The notes beneath the pieces were generated by a model. It worked only from the letters and a program-made list of their open reading frames with translations, was not told where the DNA came from and made no database searches. Below, in pieces: positions 8,932 to 17,723 of a stretch of DNA of 64,000 nt (position 1 is its first letter; the number at the start of each line of letters is the position of its first letter). The position numbers and the translations under genes were made by a program. Location of the stretch: IMG/VR virus record IMGVR_UViG_3300032093_000013. One strand, written 5' to 3'. The stretch comes from a virus.

Positions 8932-9470
8932 TTCTCATCCACCCATCTAATAGAAAGACATTTATCCATAAACCAACGAGTAATAGCATTTGGTTTATAA
9001 GGCATATAGAACCTCAAATAACCATTTCCAATCGTATAATAACCTTCGTGTTTATTTCCTTGTTTAATTACAAAACTGGAAGTAATATTACTACCATCAC
9101 CAAAAACAGAAATTTTAGAGTAATCTAATGTATATTTGAGTGGGAAAAATCCATTCTCACGGGCATACTCAAAGTCCTCATCCTGTTTCTTACAGAACTC
9201 CTCATACCTTTTTTTCTTATACAACCAATTGTGCCCTATCCTATATTCAAGATGAGTTTTCTCAATCAGTTTCTCAATCTTCTCATCAAGTTCTTGTTGG
9301 ATTTCTTCTAATGACTTGCGTGGTTCAGGAATATCAAGATAAGGTTTGATTACATCAAAATACTCAAACTCTTCGGTGTAATAAAAAGCACCACAAATAA
9401 AAGGAAGAATACTTTGAGGTGCTCCCACAAGTTTCTTTGGATTGAGTTTGTATCCTATTTTTTCAGTCAT
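8928..9470 (-). CDS. hypothetical protein
   Basis: 180-aa ORF. Confidence 0.7.
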   Translation of the reverse strand: MTEKIGYKLNPKKLVGAPQSILPFICGAFYYTEEFEYFDVIKPYLDIPEPRKSLEEIQQELDEKIEKLIEKTHLEYRIGHNWLYKKKRYEEFCKKQDEDFEYARENGFFPLKYTLDYSKISVFGDGSNITSSFVIKQGNKHEGYYTIGNGYLRFYMPYKPNAITRWFMDKCLSIRWVDEK

Positions 9471-9643
9471 TTTGCCCTCATAGCAGTAATCACAGCATCA
9501 CGGGCACTTTTACCTTTTGCTTTATTCATAGGAAATCCACTACTCATAAATTTCCAATCACTTTCACCATTCATTTGGAGATTGTGTGGATGAAATTGAT
9601 TGAGTAGAAATTCAAGGATTTCTGTGTCTGTTGGTTCAGTCAT
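9467..9643 (-). CDS. hypothetical protein
   Basis: ORF; start MTEPTD. Confidence 0.6.
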   Translation of the reverse strand: MTEPTDTEILEFLLNQFHPHNLQMNGESDWKFMSSGFPMNKAKGKSARDAVITAMRAK

Positions 9644-9995
9644 TTTCTTCATCGGGTAGTTTTTCATTCAAATCAATACCATCTAAAACTTTATCAGACC
9701 ATTTTAGCACATTCTCAATCAGTTTATCATTAACTTCTTTTTTCTTTTCCACAAACTTTTCAATCAGTTCATCATCAGGGTCGTTGAGGATTTGTTTTAC
9801 TGGGTCTTTTTCTTCAATCATCAGTTTGAGTTGTTTGAGATTATCATAAAGTTCTTTTTGAAAATCATAACATTCAGTCAAATGTTCTATGTTATTGTCT
9901 TCAAAGTTAGTTTCCTCACGGATTTCCCAAGACAAACCATCCATATCTGCTGCGGTTTCTGTGAGAAAGTATTCAAGTGTTTCAAGTAAATTCAT
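9636..9995 (-). CDS. hypothetical protein
   Basis: 119-aa ORF. Confidence 0.65.
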   Translation of the reverse strand: MNLLETLEYFLTETAADMDGLSWEIREETNFEDNNIEHLTECYDFQKELYDNLKQLKLMIEEKDPVKQILNDPDDELIEKFVEKKKEVNDKLIENVLKWSDKVLDGIDLNEKLPDEEND

Positions 9996-10134
9996 TTTCT
10001 AATCACAGCAATTACTTTACGATTTGGATACTTCTCTACAATTATATCACGAGCATCCTCATAGTCAATCGCATCCTTTACGGTTTCATAATACACAGTT
10101 TTATCTGCGTCATCCCAAGTTTGAACTTCGTAAG

Positions 10135-10467
10135 TCATTTCTTCTCCCAATTTGCTCTCACATCTTTATAAGGTTCTGCTTTCACTCCACCATAAGTATC
10201 AAAATGAGGTTTTGGGTCATTAGGTTGAGCAGTATGAACCAACTTTGTAATATTAGGAGAAATACCAGGATTACAAGGAATGGTTTGTTGAGGAGTGAGA
10301 GAAGTATAAGGAGGAATATAAGTGAGTGGAGATTTACTCAAATACTCTTCTACAATATTACAAGACCATCCATCCTCATAGAACTGCTTACCATAGAAAA
10401 TAGCATCTTCCTTATTTGGAAAGGAAGCAACATAAGTGTCGTTGTGATAGAGTGAATAAACTTTCAT
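10135..10467 (-). CDS. hypothetical protein
   Basis: 110-aa ORF. Confidence 0.65.
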   Translation of the reverse strand: MKVYSLYHNDTYVASFPNKEDAIFYGKQFYEDGWSCNIVEEYLSKSPLTYIPPYTSLTPQQTIPCNPGISPNITKLVHTAQPNDPKPHFDTYGGVKAEPYKDVRANWEKK

Positions 10468-10664
10468 TTCAGTTCCTCAATAAGTTTCATAAGAGTTTTG
10501 ACGGATACTACTTGAGATTTCTTATCAACTCGTCCAGTTCCTCTAACTTCACTATGCTCATCAATCAAATATTGAAGAACAGCAGAAGCAATTGTTTGTG
10601 GGGAAGATTGTTCCATTGAAGACCAATCCCAACTCACTTCATTCAGTGTTTCAAGTAAAGTCAT
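10464..10664 (-). CDS. hypothetical protein
   Basis: 66-aa coupled ORF. Confidence 0.65.
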   Translation of the reverse strand: MTLLETLNEVSWDWSSMEQSSPQTIASAVLQYLIDEHSEVRGTGRVDKKSQVVSVKTLMKLIEELK

Positions 10665-10858
10665 AATACCTCATTATCAAAGTTGTTTAGATAGTTCCAA
10701 AACCACAACATATCATCATCACTCACATATTCCTCATACCTTTTACCATATTCACTATAATAAATGTGAGGATACATTACTCTAAACCACCAATCAAAAC
10801 ACCATCTCCACATCAATCTTCGCAACCAAAACTGTTTGAGATTATATGAAAGTTTCAT
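10661..10858 (-). CDS. hypothetical Trp-rich protein
   Basis: 65-aa coupled ORF. Confidence 0.6.
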   Translation of the reverse strand: MKLSYNLKQFWLRRLMWRWCFDWWFRVMYPHIYYSEYGKRYEEYVSDDDMLWFWNYLNNFDNEVL

Positions 10859-11040
10859 TTCAATTTACTCATACAAATAGAACAGAGACAATCATCAGTT
10901 TTAGGAACTCTAAACATTATGTGATTTCCAGAGCAACAATCTCTATCACCACAATTTCTACATTCATCACAAATCCATTCTTTTTGATTACGACATTTGA
11001 CGAAATCTTCAAGAGTATAGTTTTGAAGAAGATTAGTCAT
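10855..11040 (-). CDS. Cys-rich putative zinc-binding protein
   Basis: CDEC, CGDRDCC and CLCSIC motifs. Confidence 0.6.
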   Translation of the reverse strand: MTNLLQNYTLEDFVKCRNQKEWICDECRNCGDRDCCSGNHIMFRVPKTDDCLCSICMSKLK

Positions 11041-11065
11041 TTCAGGTGTCTGTGTGTATAAGAGT

Positions 11066-11122
11066 ATTATAGGGCATCCAGAGGCACCCAGAGCATCCCC
11101 TGTGCCAGTTCTTCAAGTGTCC
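11066..11122 (-). promoter_or_regulatory. early promoter element, copy 4
   Basis: near-identical to copy 5. Confidence 0.8.
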
Positions 11123-11284
11123 TCAATAATTGTCGAAGCAACCATCATCATAAGCCTTATCATAGATTTCTTGGGCAAACTTCACAAAGGCATCAAAGTT
11201 TCCAGAATACTCCCAACCATCATTCTCATCCCAATCTTCTTCAAAATGTTCTTTTACAAGTTGTAGGATTTGTTCGTCAGTCAT
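11123..11284 (-). CDS. hypothetical protein, MTDEQIL paralog family (53 aa)
   Basis: hand-translated; stop abuts the promoter element. Confidence 0.65.
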   Translation of the reverse strand: MTDEQILQLVKEHFEEDWDENDGWEYSGNFDAFVKFAQEIYDKAYDDGCFDNY

Positions 11285-11493
11285 TTTTCAATCACAAATA
11301 CAGATTGTTGAATAAGTTGTTTTGGAAAATAGACACTACCCTTGTCAGTTTCAAAGGTAAAGTAGGTCACATCCCCAATTTTTGATAGAAGATTACAAGC
11401 ATCAAGATAATCTTGCTCATCACCTTCTTTATCAACACTCTCAAAATCAACACTCTCAAAAGTTCCTTGAGGTGTGTGTGCGATGATTTTCAT
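11281..11493 (-). CDS. hypothetical protein
   Basis: ORF; start MKIIAHT from overlap. Confidence 0.6.
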   Translation of the reverse strand: MKIIAHTPQGTFESVDFESVDKEGDEQDYLDACNLLSKIGDVTYFTFETDKGSVYFPKQLIQQSVFVIEK

Positions 11494-11720
11494 CAGTCTT
11501 TTTTGAAGAGTTTGTAGATTGCGTCTGCTACTGCGAGTGCTTCTTCTTTTTCCATACAAATATGATTTACTCGTTTTTCACTTGTATTCACACCAGAAGG
11601 AAGTTCCCAATAAGAAATGGTACAACCTTCAAATCCTACATCAAGGTGAGTGTCTTCTACGGTGTACCAAAAATCAGTGTGTTCCTGAATACGAACTTGA
11701 TTAGTGATTTCAATTGTCAT
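11493..11720 (-). CDS. hypothetical protein
   Basis: 75-aa ORF after a promoter element. Confidence 0.7.
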   Translation of the reverse strand: MTIEITNQVRIQEHTDFWYTVEDTHLDVGFEGCTISYWELPSGVNTSEKRVNHICMEKEEALAVADAIYKLFKKD

Positions 11721-11745
11721 AAGAGGTGTCTGTGTGTATGAGAGT

Positions 11746-11802
11746 ATTATAAGGCATCCAGAGGCATCCAGAGCATCCCCTGTGCCAGTTCTTCAAGTGT
11801 CC
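11746..11802 (-). promoter_or_regulatory. early promoter element, copy 5
   Basis: GGACACTTGAAGAACTGGCACAGGGGATGC...TATAAT. Confidence 0.8.
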
Positions 11803-12122
11803 TACATACCCAAGAGTTTTTTGTCGGCATCACTCAAAGAAGCAAGGTCTTTCTTCAGTTGTTGAAGTTTTCGTTCCTTTGCTTTTTCTTTCTCTGCCTT
11901 TTCTTTCTCCAGTTGTTTCATTCTCTTATTGTATTCTTTGTCGGTTTCTTCACGATGCTTGTAAAGATAATAGGCACCATCCTCATATGGTTCGCATTCA
12001 TATTCAAGTCCCACCCAACCAGCATCTAACTCTGCTTGAAGTGCGGCAATAATACTTTCAAGTGTTCCGTCAAAATCTCCCCAGTATTGTTGAGTTTCTT
12101 TGACTTGAATGCGTTCAGTCAT
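11802..12122 (-). CDS. hypothetical protein
   Basis: 106-aa ORF. Confidence 0.7.
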   Translation of the reverse strand: MTERIQVKETQQYWGDFDGTLESIIAALQAELDAGWVGLEYECEPYEDGAYYLYKHREETDKEYNKRMKQLEKEKAEKEKAKERKLQQLKKDLASLSDADKKLLGM

Positions 12123-12442
12123 TTCAGTTCTCCATAAGAAAGTTGTTGAATTTCTTCTCTATTCAAAGTTTTAACATAACCACGAGGATAGTCATTATCA
12201 TAAGCATTAAAGACAAAAACAGGAATGTTTCGTTCTTTACAGATTTGTTTGAACTTGTCTTCATTCAGTTCAAACTTACCAACATACTCAACATATGGAT
12301 ACATATCCCAAGATGCTACAAGTCCTCCTGGATAATAACCCCACTCAAACTCATCAAGTTCTTGAATGATTTGTTCTACATCTTGAATGTTTTCTGGATT
12401 AGTGTAGATGCGTCCGTATCCTTTGTAATTGAAGGCAGTCAT
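12119..12442 (-). CDS. hypothetical protein
   Basis: 107-aa ORF. Confidence 0.7.
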   Translation of the reverse strand: MTAFNYKGYGRIYTNPENIQDVEQIIQELDEFEWGYYPGGLVASWDMYPYVEYVGKFELNEDKFKQICKERNIPVFVFNAYDNDYPRGYVKTLNREEIQQLSYGELK

Positions 12443-12443
12443 T

Positions 12444-12656
12444 TCAGTTGTCCTCTATCAAACGAATGTTGTTTTCAATCTCACCTCTCATATCATAAAA
12501 ATACGATTTTCCCCTATCAAGAATAAAAGTATCATAATCTTCTTGGGTTGGTTCATCTTCCATTTCCATATCCTTCCAAACTTCCAAGAAATCTTCAACA
12601 GACATATGGTATTCCAGAGGAATGTATGCGACTTTGGGAATGATGTGGTTAGTCAT
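12444..12656 (-). CDS. hypothetical protein
   Basis: 70-aa ORF. Confidence 0.65.
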   Translation of the reverse strand: MTNHIIPKVAYIPLEYHMSVEDFLEVWKDMEMEDEPTQEDYDTFILDRGKSYFYDMRGEIENNIRLIEDN

Positions 12657-12838
12657 TTCAGTCCAATCAGTTTAGAAAATTCAGGAGTAATGGTGAGGTT
12701 TTGTTCTCTTACAAGATTACGAACTTCTTTACGAAGATTTATCCACTTTTTGTAGTAATCTTGTGATGCTTTTTCTGCTCTGTTTTTAGCATCAAAGTCG
12801 CACTGGTGTTCGTAGGTTCTACTTTCGTAGTATCTCAT
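12653..12838 (-). CDS. hypothetical protein, paralog of 8579-8764
   Basis: shared sequence with the 8579 ORF. Confidence 0.75.
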   Translation of the reverse strand: MRYYESRTYEHQCDFDAKNRAEKASQDYYKKWINLRKEVRNLVREQNLTITPEFSKLIGLK

Positions 12839-13065
12839 TTAATCGTCACAGTTTGATTTTTGATTTGGCAAAGACGGGAAAGATTATCACCCGCAGTAGC
12901 AACTTGGAAGAAGTTGTAGTTAGTCCCACACTGTTCGTTGAGTGCTTGTTGAGTTGTAATGACTTTCATAACTCCTGTGATGGGAGCAGCAAGAAGAACC
13001 AAAACAACAGTACCAACAATCAAAACAGTCCAAGCATCCATAAAATCAAAGTTGTTGCGTTTCAT
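12835..13065 (-). CDS. hypothetical membrane protein
   Basis: one hydrophobic segment; start MKRNN. Confidence 0.65.
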   Translation of the reverse strand: MKRNNFDFMDAWTVLIVGTVVLVLLAAPITGVMKVITTQQALNEQCGTNYNFFQVATAGDNLSRLCQIKNQTVTIK

Positions 13066-13066
13066 T

Positions 13067-13240
13067 TCAGTTCTGGTGTTGTTTGAGGTGAAGTTGGATA
13101 CATTCCATAACATTATCAAGAGTTAGAGCACTACCCTCATAGTAGTAATCCATATTCATTACATCTGTGACTTTGAGTTTGTAATAAAAATCTCCATCAG
13201 AAGAATACTGATGAATGATGATGTCAGTTTCGTAGTTCAT
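13067..13240 (-). CDS. hypothetical protein
   Basis: start MNYETD downstream of the promoter element. Confidence 0.6.
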   Translation of the reverse strand: MNYETDIIIHQYSSDGDFYYKLKVTDVMNMDYYYEGSALTLDNVMECIQLHLKQHQN

Positions 13241-13261
13241 CGGTTTGTTTCTTATGAAGTC

Positions 13262-13318
13262 ATTATAAGGCAAAAGGAGCACCTGTGGGATGCTCCTGTG
13301 CCAGTTCTTCAAGTGTCC
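13262..13318 (-). promoter_or_regulatory. early promoter element, copy 6
   Basis: consensus boxes plus GGAGCA/TGCTCC hairpin. Confidence 0.8.
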
Positions 13319-13572
13319 TATTTCAGTTCATCTTCCTCTTTTTGAATAGCAGAGATAGCATTTAGAAACTCCAAACCATATTTACCTACAACCCAAGCAT
13401 CTTTATCCTCAAAGAACCTAGTACCGATGGTTCTCATATCATAGCCTTCTGTGCTTTTATTGAAGAAAGCAACGACATAGCAACTATCACCAGAGTCGTG
13501 AGTATACCACTTGACGAGTTCATACTTGTTGTTGACTTTACTCCAACGAAACTCTATGTTACGAAATCTCAT
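13318..13572 (-). CDS. hypothetical protein
   Basis: 84-aa ORF. Confidence 0.7.
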   Translation of the reverse strand: MRFRNIEFRWSKVNNKYELVKWYTHDSGDSCYVVAFFNKSTEGYDMRTIGTRFFEDKDAWVVGKYGLEFLNAISAIQKEEDELK

Positions 13573-13744
13573 TCTTCTTCCTCTTCATAAGGGAACATTT
13601 CATCATACTCTTCATCAGTGAGAGTCAGATACTGAACATCAGCATCTTTGTGCTCTTCGGCATACACTAACTGATAGTGAGCAAAACTACTTTCAGAAGT
13701 GCTAGCGTACTCTATGAGTCCATCAACAATACAAAGGTAATTCA

Positions 13745-13957
13745 TTAGAGCACCTCCCAGTGTGCATCAGATTTGTCACCGAAACGATTAGTTCCAGTTC
13801 TTGTACTAACCCAAAAAAAGTATTTACGGTTTTCTGATGCCAAGAATAACTCACCACCAGTGTCCTGCTCTACAATACAGACAGGATTGTTTCCCATGAT
13901 ATTTGCTAATCTATTCTTCGCCTTGCTGCTTTTGGGTCTTACGGTTACTCTTCTCAT
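13745..13957 (-). CDS. hypothetical protein
   Basis: 70-aa ORF. Confidence 0.65.
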   Translation of the reverse strand: MRRVTVRPKSSKAKNRLANIMGNNPVCIVEQDTGGELFLASENRKYFFWVSTRTGTNRFGDKSDAHWEVL

Positions 13958-14174
13958 TTTGGATCTCCAGTTTCAGTTTGCGAATACCAGTAATAAAGTA
14001 AGCAAAATCACGGGATTCAGTCACCCGTTTTTCTTCACCACAGACACCACATTTACCATTCCAGACAGATGAACAACCGACTGAATAAACACCATAAGTT
14101 TGACCACAATCCATACAAGTGGTGCCTGCCTGCTCAAGTCGTTTGAGTAGTGCCTTCTTCTCTTTGAGAGTCAT
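13911..14174 (-). CDS. putative zinc-ribbon protein
   Basis: CMDC...CGVC; start MTLKEKK after the promoter element. Confidence 0.6.
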   Translation of the reverse strand: MTLKEKKALLKRLEQAGTTCMDCGQTYGVYSVGCSSVWNGKCGVCGEEKRVTESRDFAYFITGIRKLKLEIQNEKSNRKTQKQQGEE

Positions 14175-14195
14175 AGGGGCGTTTCGTATAATGGT

Positions 14196-14252
14196 ATTAT
14201 AGGGCATCAGGAGGCGTCTTCAACGTCCTCTGTGCCAGTTTCCAAAGTGTCC
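14196..14252 (-). promoter_or_regulatory. early promoter element, copy 7
   Basis: consensus boxes and spacing. Confidence 0.75.
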
Positions 14253-14578
14253 TCATCGCCAGTAAGGTCTTTAAGTCTATTCATAAAGTCTTCATCAAGT
14301 GGATAGACCTTTTCTTCACCACGATCAATCCTATCACACATCTCCATCAGATATTCTAGAAACTCTTTGGGATATGTTTCATCCATATTAATGCTGCACC
14401 AGAACCACTGATAACATTCTTCATATGGATCGTCGTTTTTCAGCAGAGCATAATCAGCATAGTTTCCACTGATGAGATCTCTCCACATCTTAAAGTTGTT
14501 CCAGATCTCTCTCCAACCAGTCTGGAAACAATGTCCGAAGTAATACTCAAACCAGTTCAGTTTTTTCTTCATCAACAC
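14207..14578 (-). CDS. hypothetical protein
   Basis: 123-aa ORF. Confidence 0.7.
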   Translation of the reverse strand: MLMKKKLNWFEYYFGHCFQTGWREIWNNFKMWRDLISGNYADYALLKNDDPYEECYQWFWCSINMDETYPKEFLEYLMEMCDRIDRGEEKVYPLDEDFMNRLKDLTGDEDTLETGTEDVEDAS

Positions 14579-14859
14579 TCATCCATTCCAAGATAATCAG
14601 TCTCTTTTTCATCCACTTCCTCTAAATGGTCCCATCTCCAAGTGCGGGAAAGCAAATCAATATCAAACCCAAACTTATATGCCCAGAAGAGAATACCTAA
14701 AAGACCATTACTTCCCATTGTAATCTGAAGATAAGGTGAAGAAGGATAATCATTCCAACTTACAGAAAACTGAAACAAACTCCATCGTTTAATATTAACA
14801 ACTTGAACATAAACTTCGTGTCCAAAGTCATAGCGATGCTTAAATTTAATTAGATTCAT
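14572..14859 (-). CDS. hypothetical protein
   Basis: 95-aa ORF. Confidence 0.7.
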   Translation of the reverse strand: MNLIKFKHRYDFGHEVYVQVVNIKRWSLFQFSVSWNDYPSSPYLQITMGSNGLLGILFWAYKFGFDIDLLSRTWRWDHLEEVDEKETDYLGMDEC

Positions 14860-15059
14860 TGCTCTTTAATAACACAAGATGTAGTGCATTTAAGGTCACC
14901 AGAAGATCCAGAGACCGTAGATGTATGGTGTGGTGTTTTTTCTGGTGTCAGATTATATGATACAATAGCGGACACAAAAAACGCAAGTGCAGGGATTGCG
15001 ACATATTGTAGATAAGTTTTACTGCTCATTATTGTTTTCCTCAAAGTCAAACCATTCAT
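14856..15059 (-). CDS. small membrane protein
   Basis: hydrophobic stretch; the true start is probably MSSKT. Confidence 0.55.
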   Translation of the reverse strand: MNGLTLRKTIMSSKTYLQYVAIPALAFFVSAIVSYNLTPEKTPHHTSTVSGSSGDLKCTTSCVIKEQ

Positions 15060-15204
15060 ACAGAGAGTTCATCGCACCATCAACCACACAATCAACCACA
15101 GCATCTTCGTGTGGGTTCTCTACGTGTTTATGGGCACGATTGTATCCATAACGGACACCTTCTTCCAGTGCCATCTCCAATACCTTACGAAAGTTAGGTT
15201 TCAT
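15019..15204 (-). CDS. hypothetical protein
   Basis: 61-aa ORF. Confidence 0.65.
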   Translation of the reverse strand: MKPNFRKVLEMALEEGVRYGYNRAHKHVENPHEDAVVDCVVDGAMNSLYEWFDFEENNNEQ

Positions 15205-15205
15205 A

Positions 15206-15409
15206 TCAATAAGGAAGAGATTTCAGACCATCCAGAACTTCCTGAAAGCGTTCGGCACGACTCTTGTGGTGCTCTACATTCTCCTCAAGCACACTCACAA
15301 TATCGTCCAGGACAACATCCAGAGACGCATCAGTATCAAAGTATTGTTGGATTGCTTCGGCAAGATACCGCCGCCGACTCCATTCCATACTATAGGGTTT
15401 GTAGTCCAT
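15206..15409 (-). CDS. hypothetical protein
   Basis: 67-aa ORF after a sigma70 promoter. Confidence 0.7.
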   Translation of the reverse strand: MDYKPYSMEWSRRRYLAEAIQQYFDTDASLDVVLDDIVSVLEENVEHHKSRAERFQEVLDGLKSLPY

Positions 15410-15430
15410 AATCAGAGTGTATATGCGGGT

Positions 15431-15459
15431 ATTATAAAGGTTTTTTCAGATATTGTCAA
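15431..15459 (-). promoter_or_regulatory. sigma70-type promoter
   Basis: TTGACA-N17-TATAAT. Confidence 0.75.
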
Positions 15460-15773
15460 TCTCTTGTTCGCCAATCGGTTTCGTCATCATCACGTTTAAA
15501 CCAATCATGCAGTTCATCTGGGTTGTCAAAACCTCTTCTACCAAATCTTTCGTGCCCTAAACCACCAATATCCATTGAGTTTAGGAAATCATCCATTTCA
15601 TCCATATTGGGATTTTCCGCTTTACGTCTTGCCTGGCGGAGCATTGTTCCAGCAGAGCGATTTGCCTTTGCAAGTTTCTCTGCCCAGATCATATCTTCTA
15701 AACTTACTTCTTTATGAAGTACAATCTTCTCACAGATTGCTTCCAGTCTCAATCTGTACTGCGTAGAGAGCAT
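15456..15773 (-). CDS. conserved cyanophage hypothetical protein
   Basis: MLSTQYRLRLEAIC...DMIWAEKLAKAN. Confidence 0.75.
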   Translation of the reverse strand: MLSTQYRLRLEAICEKIVLHKEVSLEDMIWAEKLAKANRSAGTMLRQARRKAENPNMDEMDDFLNSMDIGGLGHERFGRRGFDNPDELHDWFKRDDDETDWRTRD

Positions 15774-15793
15774 ATGTATTACCAGATGTAGTG

Positions 15794-16027
15794 TTATTTA
15801 TTTTTATATTCGTCCATTAACTCTTTTGCGAGTTTCATAGAACGACGCCACATTAAATATTTTACCACAGGATTACGTGGATTGTTTAACAACCACCACT
15901 TTTGTTTCTCATAGTTAGACTTTGCTAACTTAAGCACATAATAAAAGGCAGCAGCGATACTATCATCTGTTGCGATAAAGTATGCCGCTACTGCAAATAC
16001 GATAAACCAAGCATAATAAGACATCAT
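15794..16027 (-). CDS. hypothetical membrane protein
   Basis: 77-aa ORF with hydrophobic N-terminus. Confidence 0.65.
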   Translation of the reverse strand: MMSYYAWFIVFAVAAYFIATDDSIAAAFYYVLKLAKSNYEKQKWWLLNNPRNPVVKYLMWRRSMKLAKELMDEYKNK

Positions 16028-16049
16028 CTAGGTCTCATAGTTTTATTAT

Positions 16050-16295
16050 TTAACCAAGAAATTGATCTAGACTGGAGACCGATGCGCCTTTTGCGGACTT
16101 TTGAATGTAGGTTTTGGCGGACTTGTAATTGTTTGCTAGATGAACCTGCTGTCCGTTGTGAATGATAATAAACTTTTTACCAAATGGCACTGCTGCCCAC
16201 ATACCATCTTTAGTGACATAACCTTGTGGATCTGATGGTTTTGGATTTAAGATTCCTGGACGATCTACAAAAGGTTTCTGAAAGTTTTCGCTCAT
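16050..16295 (-). CDS. hypothetical protein
   Basis: 81-aa ORF. Confidence 0.7.
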   Translation of the reverse strand: MSENFQKPFVDRPGILNPKPSDPQGYVTKDGMWAAVPFGKKFIIIHNGQQVHLANNYKSAKTYIQKSAKGASVSSLDQFLG

Positions 16296-16435
16296 CCGAA
16301 TACAGCGGTCACACCAATAACTTTAGCACTTGGATTACGTGCTAGAGCAGTCCGCCTGGCATCATCATAATCACGTGCCTCGACAATCTCATCAAAGACT
16401 TTGCCAGCGACATAGAGTTGGACTTTGCAGCGCAT
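16292..16435 (-). CDS. hypothetical protein (47 aa, MRCKVQLYVAGKVF...)
   Basis: hand-translated; ATGA overlap; preceded by GGAG and a TTGTCA-17-TATACT promoter. Confidence 0.65.
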   Translation of the reverse strand: MRCKVQLYVAGKVFDEIVEARDYDDARRTALARNPSAKVIGVTAVFG

Positions 16436-16474
16436 TAGAGTTTCTCCTGATGTGTAGGTAGTATAGCAGAAAAG

Positions 16475-17704
16475 TCAGCGCCTGACAATGCTGACGGCAA
16501 CCTCACCTTGCTTGAAGATGATGTCCACCACATTCTGGACTGCCTTCGCAGTGCCCGTAGATGCCTTGTCAAAGACCGGGCAGACCACCAGACCATAGGA
16601 TTTAGTGTAGGACGACAGGTCGCCTGCCTGAATGGCGCCAGAGCGGATTCCAGCGGCGTCTTGGGGGTGCAGACGCAGCGTCCGACCAACGGTCTGACCG
16701 ATGCCCACAACGTCCATAGAGCGCAAGAACACGACCGCTTCCAGAGCAGAAATGTTGATGCCTTCTGCCAGAATGCTGTGATGCAGGACCACAAACTTTT
16801 TGTCAGGGTCTTTGCCCCAAGCATTCAGAGTGTCAAAAAACACCTCACGATTGACCTTCTGCCCATCAATAAATGCACCGTGCTTGGCAGTAATGTGCAG
16901 CACAGAGTAACCTTGCTCGGCAATCTGGTCTGCAAAGTCAGATTCAGACAGCAGAGCAATGATGTGGCGAGTTGCCTTTGCACACACCAGAATCTTATCG
17001 ACAGGATTGTCCTGAATGATTTGCATCAGATACTCACAGTCCCGTTGAGCAATATCCTCACCCTTGACGGACAGACGCATTGGAGCAGTAATCACTTTGG
17101 GAGGAATGATATAGCCACCCTGTACCAATTCAGGAGCAGGAACTTTGGCGATGATATTACCGTAGACAGCAACATCATTCATACCAGGTTTGGCAACGGT
17201 GGCAGAATACTTGGGAGTTGCAGTAAAGAAGTAGCAACGCTTTGCTTCAGCAGCAAAATGCTCTACAGCAGGAAAGAAGTGACGTTGAACGCTATTGTGT
17301 GCCTCATCAAAGTAAATCGTATCCACCTCAATATCTGCCTTTGCAAGTTGCTGCAGAGAATTGTAAGTGGTGAAAATCAGTTTGTGACCTTGAGTTTGCT
17401 CATACCAAGTGCGAATCGCATTGGGACGAGTGCTGCTGAAGTGATGAGTCTCACCACTGTGAATGTGCATCACAGAAGCATTAGTGATAAACTCAAGGTA
17501 TTCAGCAGACAACTGCTCTGCCAGGAGGATGCGCGGCGCCGTCACTACAATAGTCTTGGGGGTGCTAGACTGAAACACACGAATAGCATCAAAAATGCCC
17601 ACGTTGGTCTTACCACCACCGGTAGGAAACACACAGATACCTTTGAGATGCTGTGCCAGAGCATCCAGAGCAACTTGTTGGTGAGGGCGAAGTTGGTACA
17701 TCAT
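16475..17704 (-). CDS. superfamily 2 DEAH-box helicase
   Basis: Q motif LRPHQ, PTGGGKT, DEAH, TAT, LAEGIN, QTVGRTLR. Confidence 0.9.
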   Translation of the reverse strand: MMYQLRPHQQVALDALAQHLKGICVFPTGGGKTNVGIFDAIRVFQSSTPKTIVVTAPRILLAEQLSAEYLEFITNASVMHIHSGETHHFSSTRPNAIRTWYEQTQGHKLIFTTYNSLQQLAKADIEVDTIYFDEAHNSVQRHFFPAVEHFAAEAKRCYFFTATPKYSATVAKPGMNDVAVYGNIIAKVPAPELVQGGYIIPPKVITAPMRLSVKGEDIAQRDCEYLMQIIQDNPVDKILVCAKATRHIIALLSESDFADQIAEQGYSVLHITAKHGAFIDGQKVNREVFFDTLNAWGKDPDKKFVVLHHSILAEGINISALEAVVFLRSMDVVGIGQTVGRTLRLHPQDAAGIRSGAIQAGDLSSYTKSYGLVVCPVFDKASTGTAKAVQNVVDIIFKQGEVAVSIVRR

Positions 17705-17723
17705 CTCTCAATTCAATACACAT

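Noticed and set aside
2722-15766. Plus-strand ORFs in the early region
   Set aside because: All are antisense to tightly coupled minus-strand genes.
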